Shown here piece after piece: positions 55,141 through 64,000 of a stretch of DNA of 64,000 nt. Source of the stretch: the human T2T-CHM13v2.0 reference genome, Homo sapiens; the NCBI RefSeq assembly GCF_009914755.1, contig NC_060932.1. One strand, written 5' to 3'. The notes below the pieces were generated by a model. That model made no database searches and was not told the DNA's origin. It saw only the letters and a list, made by a program, of their open reading frames with translations. Position 1 is the stretch's first letter, and each line of letters opens with the position of its first letter. The position numbers were made by a program, and so were the translations under genes.

Positions 55141-56104
55141 AAAGTGGGTTTAACCTTCTGTGGTTGAGAGAGGTTTTGGCGCCACCCTGACCAGCCAAGG
55201 CTGTCTCCCCTGTTATCCACAATTCCTTGTGGCAACACCACCTCTATCTAGGAGGGAAGTGTCACTTATGGTGTGGAGCCTGCTAGTTGTGTTTGGAGAT
55301 TGCAAAGCACAGTCTTTGTCGGTCTGTGTATGTGTTCATGTAAGTGTGCACACACCCTCACACTTCTGAAAACTACCTCGATGATGGCAGGAAAAAAGAA
55401 CTGGCTAAAATTGTAGAAGTTGAGAGCCAACACAGTGCTCAGAGGAACTTTAACGCTAAATAAAAACAAAGGATGAGGAGGGGTCCCATGGACAGACGGG
55501 GGGAACGGGAGACTCAGTTGAGAGTGGAGGCCCCTGACTGAAAGCCAGCAGTCCCCACGTGGAGCTCTCACCTTCTGGATGGCTCAGCCTGGCAGGCTGC
55601 TTCTGTTTGAGAATCCTGGGAGGCTCGCCCTTCCACATGTACTTTAAGCCTAGAGAAGTGTTGGGAGCTGTCCTGCCACTCGTGGGGCAAGGGGAGGACT
55701 GCTTAGCCAACCCTGGTGAGATGTGAGCTAGGGAGAGGCTGCCGTTCTTGCCCCTGCCCTCCCATGTCTTTCTAAGGATGATTCTAGAACCTTCTCTCTG
55801 TCTCCTCCATGGAGCTGGCTGCCAAGGGGAAGCTTTGCTTACCCAGTCCGGTGCTGCTGGTGGTGCCTTAGTCTTCTGACATGATCTCTGTAACAGGGAC
55901 TTGAAAATAACACTCGGAGCAGTGCCCTGTTCAAATGGTCACAGTTCACATCCTGAGGAACCATCTATTTTGGGCATGTTGAAGTTTGGAGCAGGTCAGT
56001 GCTGGATAAACAGCATTTTTCTAGGACTAGACCAGGAACACCAAATATAGTAGAAATGTAACAAGCCCTCAGAATATGATTTATGAAAACAAAACAAAAT
56101 GTGT

Positions 56105-56190
56105 AATTCTGTGAATATACTAAAAACCATTGAATTATACTCTTTAAATGAGTGAATTATATCTCAATAAAACTTTTACAAAAAAAAAAT
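56105..56190 (+). mobile_element. L1M 3' terminal fragment
   Basis: ctgtgaatatactaaaaaccattgaatt...tatatctcaataaa followed by an A-run. Confidence 0.75.
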
Positions 56191-56503
56191 TAAATGCTGA
56201 AAAGTAGATGATTTCCTGGAAAGGTAGTTTCTCATTTTAAGATATAATTATCAGCCTGAGTGGGACCTACTTTTCTCTCTGACCCTGTCCTGTTTAGAAA
56301 TACCAACATGCATTTCCCATCAGCACCATAGAACCTGACTCCTCCCCACCCCACAAATCACTCAACTTTGCAAAAGGGTGACATTTGACAAATCCCAAAA
56401 CAGCCAAACAGGCGAGCCATCACTATTCAGGTTTGCATTTGCAAACTGAATCCTTAACTACCACAAATGACAGCAGCTTGCACTTGCTGAAGAGCTCTTC
56501 TGA

Positions 56504-56966
<463 letters not shown>

Positions 56967-57804
56967 CACCTGGAGAGCTTTTAAAGCCACTGCTGCCTTG
57001 TTCCCATCCCTGGAGAGTCTGATTTTATTGCTTTGGGGTGCAGCCAGAGCACAAGCTTTGGTTTTGTTTTTTTTCATAGCACACCAGGCATTCTAATAAG
57101 AACCCTGGCTCTAGAGTCCATGTTTACATTAAAGAGGCTATTTACTTCTTGCCTGGTACCACGCCTGTGACTTGGGTAGCTGTCCCTGGCAGCATGGCTA
57201 AATTCCTCCATCTGGGGTTCACAGAGAGAAGGGGAATGAGTTTCAGGACAATGGCTGTGGCTGCAGGCTCCTGCACAATCTATCTGGCCCTGTCTGATCC
57301 TTGGCCTCTGCCGGCCTTTTCTTCCCCACAGCTGGAAACCTAATCTCAGCCCCATTCCAGTTCCACCCCACCTCACCCATTCTGCCCCAAGCCCACAGCC
57401 CAATTCTCACCCTGGGTGGGGGGAATCAAGGCAGCCGTAGCTCAAGAGTGTGTGCCAACAGCAAGAATTCCTGATTATTAATCCACCCACACTGACATTG
57501 GGTTCCTATAAGCAGGTTGTGGTCTGCACTGTGAAACTGGTTAGGGTAACTGCAGGCCTGCCCAGCTCCTCCAGGCTTAGGACCTCTTCAGGAACCTGGC
57601 TCCCTTTTCACATGTGGCCCCTGCGTTTCACTTAGTGAAAGAGAATCTTGTCTTCTTGTTAGCCTTTGATCTCTGGAGCTGCCCCTTTCTATTTTAGTCT
57701 TAAATTCCTTTCCCACCACCGTGCCTGAGTAGGCAGGTCTTCCTCAGACCAGTTTTGCACTGCAGTCCTCCTGGCAGGTTGCCTCCTATAAAATGTCCCT
57801 CTTT

Positions 57805-58148
<344 letters not shown>

Positions 58149-58934
58149 CTACATTTCCAATGCTTAAATAGGATCTGCGCTTCAAAATAGAAACATACAG
58201 TAGGGTCCTCTGAAGTTACTATGGAAATTAGGTTAGAAAAACAAGACTAATATCCTTGAGGAAAGAAAATGGGAAACCTGAGACTAAGATCATGACCCCT
58301 GGAAAGGATATGGCTGTCCCAGGCTCAAGAGCTCTCAGCTCTGGGCTGCTCCCCTGCCTAATCCCCGGCATGCTGGCCCTCACTGCAGGAGGGGACGTCC
58401 TCTCTCCCTGCCCTTCTAGCCCTGGCCAGCTCCCCCTCCTGCCCTCAGGAGTCAGCTGCAGGAAGGAACCGGAGTCGGCTTCAGCCTGACAATCACAGCA
58501 GGAAATGGCTAAACTCTCTTGGGAAATTTTGGGTCTGGTGAGACCCTGGGCCTCATTTTTGACCTTTGTATCCAATATGGACCCTTCTTATACTCAGCCA
58601 CACAGTACTCTGACTCCACAGCTCCCAACTCTTCCTACTACAGCACTGCCTGGCTCTTAAGGCTTTCGGCTTTGCCTTCTAGGAAGCTTGTTCCATTGAC
58701 AGGAGTTCCCCATGGCTGGGGCCCTCTCCTCCTTCTCACTGGAGCTGAGGACACAATGGGTGACAGCCCTTGCGAGTGGAGGCTGCTCATTCTCCTGCCC
58801 CCCATTTACCTAAGGCCTGGAACCCACTGTTGGTGTTCTTGAAGCTTCTTACTGCTGTTTACAGGCAAATATGTGTTCACTCTCCTCTAGAAAACGCTTC
58901 TCCACTGAGATCTGTGCCTTCCTCCTCGACCATC

Positions 58935-59380
58935 TGTCATGCTTAGAATTAGTTCATTTGCTGACAGAAAACCCAAAATAACAGTATCTCAAACACTCGA
59001 GATTTTATTTTTTAAGTTAAAGAAGTCTCTGAAGCAGACTGTCCCGAGCAGGTAATTTAGCTTCATGAAGTCTTCGGGGACCCACGCTTCTTCCCACTCA
59101 TGGTTCTCCCATTCTTAAGGTGGGAGCCTCGTCTTATGGCCCAGGATGCAGCCCACACCTCAGCCACCATGTCAGAGCTCCAGGTCGGCCACGGAGGGAA
59201 GGGAACAGGAAGGGCTTCCAGAGCACCCTAGAGCAGGGACACAGCCACTCCCGCTGACCAGCTAGGATGAGCAATGTGATCTTAAAAAGTCTGGATGCAA
59301 TGGCTCTGGCTAAAAAACCTCTTCTTGCTAAGGAAGAAGAGGCTGATGGATATGGGAGGGAGGTCTCAGTCTCTCCCACA
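58935..59380 (-). mobile_element. MLT1K-like solo LTR
   Basis: acagaaaacccaaaataacagt...aaggaagaagaggctgatggatatggg...tctcccaca. Confidence 0.65.
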
Positions 59381-59384
59381 TCAC

Positions 59385-60800
59385 CCTCATTACTGGCCTC
59401 CACACATCTTAGGTATCCCCTCACAAGCTCCGAGGACTTCATTGCCCATTTCCCTCAAACTGTGCCATCATCTTGGGAGTCCTCAGCACTGCATCAACCA
59501 TCTCTCGATGCCTCCATCCAAGCTCTCCCTCCATCCAGCCTCCATCCTCAAGGCCACAGCAGGGAGCTTGTCATCCCAACTTGGAAGTATCCAGCTCACC
59601 GAACTGTTATCCTTCCTGCTTGCCCTTCTCTCTCACGAAACCTCTTCTAGGATCTCCCGGGGATCTTGAGTTCCTGGTCTCCTCCCCACTTACCAAGTAA
59701 AAGAGCCCATCCTCAATGCACTTCTGTTTCTGCCCCACTGCCTGCCAGCCTCATGGTCTCCCGTCCTTGTGCACATACTCCCTGCTCCTCCTGCTCCTGG
59801 CTGAGCCAGCCCTTGCCTCCACCTCAGCCGCTGAGTCCCGCTCCTCTGCTGCGCAGACTATGCAGCCTCAGACAGCAGCTGCATCCCAAAGAGAAGTTAC
59901 ATGTTTTGTTGTTGCTTCATTTTGGGAGATGCTGCTCCCAAAGCCTCTCGCATGGACTTTGTTAGCTCCTTGTCCCATTTCCCTTCTCAGCCCTTTCAGA
60001 CCCTAGCACTTTCCGCAAGCCTCCCTGCCTCCCAGCCATGACTGCTTCCTGTTTTTTGGAAGAGATGTCCTCAGGTGTGGCCGCCTCCACTTCCTGCCCT
60101 GTCACCAGCGAGCTTCTCTGCTTGCGTTCTCCTCTCTGCCCCCTTCTCTGAGGAAGGGTGGTCCCCTTGCCGAGCTAAAACTGAACTGCCCACACGCAGA
60201 GAGCCTCCTGCCTTCTCTGGATTACTCCTTGGAGTATCCTTCCATCGCCTGTGCCTTCAATCTCTTCTTCATCGGCTTCTTCCTCCCTGGAAACGAATAT
60301 GAAGATCTCTTCCAAATTACAAAAGTCCTCCACGTATTGCGATCTCTTGGCCTATATAGATTGTTTTGCAGCAAAGTTTGTTGAGAAAGTTGTCTACACT
60401 CCCTTTATCCACTTCTCCACCCCATTTGGGCTCCCACCCTTTCCTCTCTGGCTTCTGCTCTCACGATTTCCTGGAAACTGGGCAAAGGCTCCTACTTAGG
60501 TGGGCTTTCCGGGGCTCTACTTACAGACTCCCCTGGGGCAGGAGACACCATCAGCCACACCCCACCCCTTGGCAATCCTCTGCTCCTCTAGTTTTCCTGG
60601 CAGGACTGTTTCTCCACTCTGCTGTCTCCCAGGCCAGCCCCTTTCATCTGGGTGTGTTGGGAATGCTGTTTTCCCAGCGTTCCCGCAGCCCATGGCTCTT
60701 CTCTTCGCAGGGCCCATCTTCCTCCCCACAGTGATCTTTCAAACCCAGGATGTCGGCTGCTGCCTACCCCCAGCAGAGCTTTCTGGTTTGAGCGGAGCTG
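59385..60800 (+). mobile_element. L2 ORF2 fossil (endonuclease region onward)
   Basis: Pyrimidine-rich; atcatcttggga resembles IILGD; GHSRELVI resembles GHTLDLVI. Confidence 0.55.
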
Positions 60801-60924
60801 AGCTTGCCAGGCCTCAGGCAGTTCTGGGCATGTCTGGGGACCTGGTGAACGGACTACCCCAGGTCTATTTGTATGGGAACTAGCAGTGTCCCGGAAAAGA
60901 ACCAGCTGTGGTTTTGCCTCCTCA

Positions 60925-62100
60925 ATGACAACCAATCAACATATTTAACTCTACACACATTAATAAGCACTCTTCTAGAAACTGGGGGTATGGCAGGGAA
61001 CAAAACAGACACAATTCTGGTCTTCATGGAGGCAGACAGACACAAGATAAGTAAGACCACATTGCAAGAAATGCTGAGGACAAAAAGCAGGGTGAAGCGA
61101 CAGGAAGAGTGTGTGTGTGTCTGTGTGTGTGTGCAGTGTGTGTGTGTGCATGTTGACATTTGCAATAGGGCAGTCACTGAGATGGTGACATTTGAGCAGA
61201 GACTGAAGGGCTGGTGTGTGACCATGCGCGTGGAGAGTATTCCAGGTTGAGGGACAGCAGGTTTAATGAAGCTTATGGGAGGCCATTGCTTTGGACTGAG
61301 CTTTTGTGCTGGGTCCGACAGACCAGACCAAGCCAGAATGGAGCCACTTGTGCTTGCCATATAATTAAACTTAACTTTAAAATGGGCCAATTTTCCAAAA
61401 AAAAAGGAAAATAATCAGAAGGGCACCAGCTTACCTGAGCCGGCATGATAAGGAAAACCCCTGTGTTTTAACACTGTCAGGAAAGTCACTTCGAAACGAG
61501 CATCCCGCTTTGTCCTCCATTTCTACTTCTTCAGCCCTCTTCTGCCTGTAAGCCCCGCCCCCCCACCTCAGTGCATCAGAGTACCTGTTCTAAATCTGTA
61601 GACAGTATGCTGCCCAATTCATGAATTGCTAATAAAAGCCAAGTAGATCTTTCAACTAAATTTGTTTAAAAAGATTTTTTATAACAGTCCTGAGAGAACA
61701 GCAAAAATTCTTTGCTTGAGAACTGAAGGAAGCAGAGTGAATCAGGAGGGCCCCAAGATAAGGTCAGGCCAATAGTGGTGGAGGGGTGTGTGTGTGTGTG
61801 TGTGTGCGTGTAGGGTGGGGGTATTAGGGCTGATAACTTAGGGCTTTGTAAAAACTTGGGTTTTACTCTGAGGCAGGAAGACTAGGGAGGGTTCTGAGCA
61901 GAGGAGTGATGTGTTCTGAGTGATGTTTTAAAAGGCTCACTGTGTTAAGAATATACCAAAGGGCAGAAACAGGAAGACCTATGACAATAATCCAGGCAAG
62001 AGAAAATGGTGGCTGGGTCTGGGCTGGGAGCAATGGAAGTAGTAAGAAGAGACTAGAATCTGCTACCTTTTCAAGAGTAGTACAAACAAAATTTGCTCAT
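60925..62100 (-). mobile_element. L2 3' region interrupted by an LTR
   Basis: caaccaatcaacatattt...ggtgacatttgagcagagactgaagg...gagcagaggagtgatgtg. Confidence 0.7.
61260..61686 (+). mobile_element. MER4-group ERV1 solo LTR (MER57F/MER93-like)
   Basis: ttatgggaggccattg...ggactgagc...gctgcccaattcatgaattgctaataaaagcc...ataaca. Confidence 0.65.
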
Positions 62101-62929
62101 GGTGGACCCACAGATGATGCTATTTAAGACGGAGTAATCCAGATGGTGGGTGTTATTGTCTACTTGGGCTATGCCTTCAGATTGCACAGTGTGGGATTAG
62201 GGTCTTTTTTCCTTGTAGCAAAGGGATGTTCCCAATGTCTATCATTGTGGAAAGATGCTAACCCTGAAGTAGGAGAGGCATGCTTGGATAGGGGCCAGGG
62301 TGTCAGTGGGGACTGGGGCAGAGATGCTGGGGACCTTCCTGGTGATGGTAGCGTTGGTGTTGTTGGTGATGGTGGGGGTGGAGGCTGAATGAATTAGCCC
62401 TGATCTAGAGGCAGACCAGGACCTAGAAAAGGCTTGGCTGGTGAGGGACTAGGGTTGGGCTGGGTCCTGTTGGTTTTCAGTGAAGCTACTTCTAATTGTG
62501 GTCATACCTCACATGCTTTTTGTGCATTTGTTCCTTTTCAATGCAGACAGCAATGCCCTTGACAGTGGGTACTTTGGTCCCAGTGAGACAGGGAAACTGT
62601 GGTGGCTCCTGGAATGAGCATCTGGACCTAGGCATGGCTCTGAGTCTTGGGTGGTCCAGGACGCCACCATAGTGAGCAGGAGCAGGGAAGGGGGAACCAT
62701 GGATACCAGGTGGCACAGAAGTCTAGTACAAGAAGTAAGTTTATGTAACCTCCTGTTCCCCCCCACCTGCCCCCACATATACCAGGGTTTGCCAGGATTC
62801 CCTGGAATATGTTGAGAGGGGCTGGAGTTCCCTAATAGTGGGAGGAGGCAGAGGCAGAGAAAGGCTGTCCTGGGTGACTCACTGTCATGCTATTTTTGAC
62901 TCCAGGCTCCTGTTGCCTAGGAAATGTGC

Positions 62930-63480
62930 CTTCTTATAGTCGGCTGACTCCCAATCTCTCTCTCCAGACTGGCTTTCTTTCCTGATATCCATACCTCTTG
63001 GGCGTCTTGCCTTAGATATCCCAGACCTCAAACCCAAAGTGAGCTCCTCTCTTCTGCAAACTTCTCTCTCTCTTGTTCTCAGCCTCCAGAATGACACCAC
63101 CAGCCAGCCAGCTGCCCAGGCTGGAACCCTGGGTCAAGCTTGAATCCGTCTTTCCTTTTGTCTGTCATATGTAGTTAATCATAAGGCCCTATGTGTCACC
63201 TCCTAAACATCTCTTGAGTCCCTCTCTTTTTTTCCATCCTTGCTGCCCTAGCCAGAGTTTTGGGGTGAATCCTTACAGGGGAAACTCCTTACAGGCACTT
63301 TTGCCTCATTGTGCCCTCCTCTCTGCTCCTAACCCTCCATGGTTCAGAGTGACCTTCCCGGTGTCACCTCCTCCTCAACGTTCTTCAGTAGCTCCCATCA
63401 CCTTTGGGAGATGACATACAGCAGATAAGGCCATGTTGGCATGGCCCAGGCTACCTGCCAGCCTCTGGCCACTCCCTGCA
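62930..63480 (+). mobile_element. L2 fragment
   Basis: gactcccaatctctctctccagac...cccaaagtgagctc...gctggaaccctgggtc. Confidence 0.6.
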
Positions 63481-64000
63481 GCACTTCATGAGCAGTGATT
63501 CTGGACAGCTAATAGTTCCTGAACCCTGCTGGGTTTGGGTTGGGGTGGGGGACACTGATTCCCAGCATCTGTCTTTCTATAGACTGGAGGGAATTTCAGA
63601 TTACCAGAGGGAACTGTAAAGAAGAGATACTTAGAGCTTCTTACAGACCCCTTCTCAGTTCTCCTGGGGCTGGGGTGGGCTCTTTGTGACCTGGGAAAAG
63701 AAACAGAACACACTCAGCTGGGCATCGACCCTTTCTTGTCTTGAAGCAAAATGCATTCAGGTCTGTTTTCCAACGTTCATGGATTGGGGTGGGCTCTGCT
63801 TTGGGTAGGAATGGCCCTAGTTTTGGGTAGAAGGAGTTCAATATATGGGTCACTCATTAGGAAACCCACTCCCTCCACAGTGCTATTTATTATTCCCTTA
63901 AAGTCCTAGGAAAACCAGGCTCTCTCACACCTCTGTGTTGTAGCCTCTGCTCTTCCCTGGAAATGTCCTGTCCTGCTTGCCCACATGGCAGATTTCTCTC

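Overview
Primate, most likely human, euchromatic DNA that is intergenic or intronic. I recognise no protein-coding gene, tRNA, rRNA or CRISPR array. The ORF track is explained by Alu, L1, L2 and LTR open frames plus chance ORFs; the only recognisable proteins are L1 ORF2p fragments and decayed L2 endonuclease motifs. Much of the window is transposon-derived: close to 30 Alu/FLAM copies (J, S and Y, including one very young AluYk-like copy), a 5'-truncated L1PA3/4 with TSDs, old L1M, L2, MIR, solo LTRs (MER4, MER57, MER21, LTR18, MLT1) and DNA transposon fossils (MADE1, MER45, MER53, MER44, Charlie4, Tigger). The most unusual sequence-level signals are local fold-back or template-switch scars: a 138-bp inverted self-duplication inside one Alu (56531-56966), a perfect 32-bp spacer-less palindrome (53810-53841), and 22-bp and 14-bp perfect inverted repeats with third partial copies. 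Also notable are a triplicated minus-strand splice-donor unit near the window start, a 40-bp TSD-flanked micro-retroinsertion, and several candidate lncRNA exons and regulatory clusters. I found no convincing new biological system. Repeat family names come from recall of consensus sequences, not from a database run.
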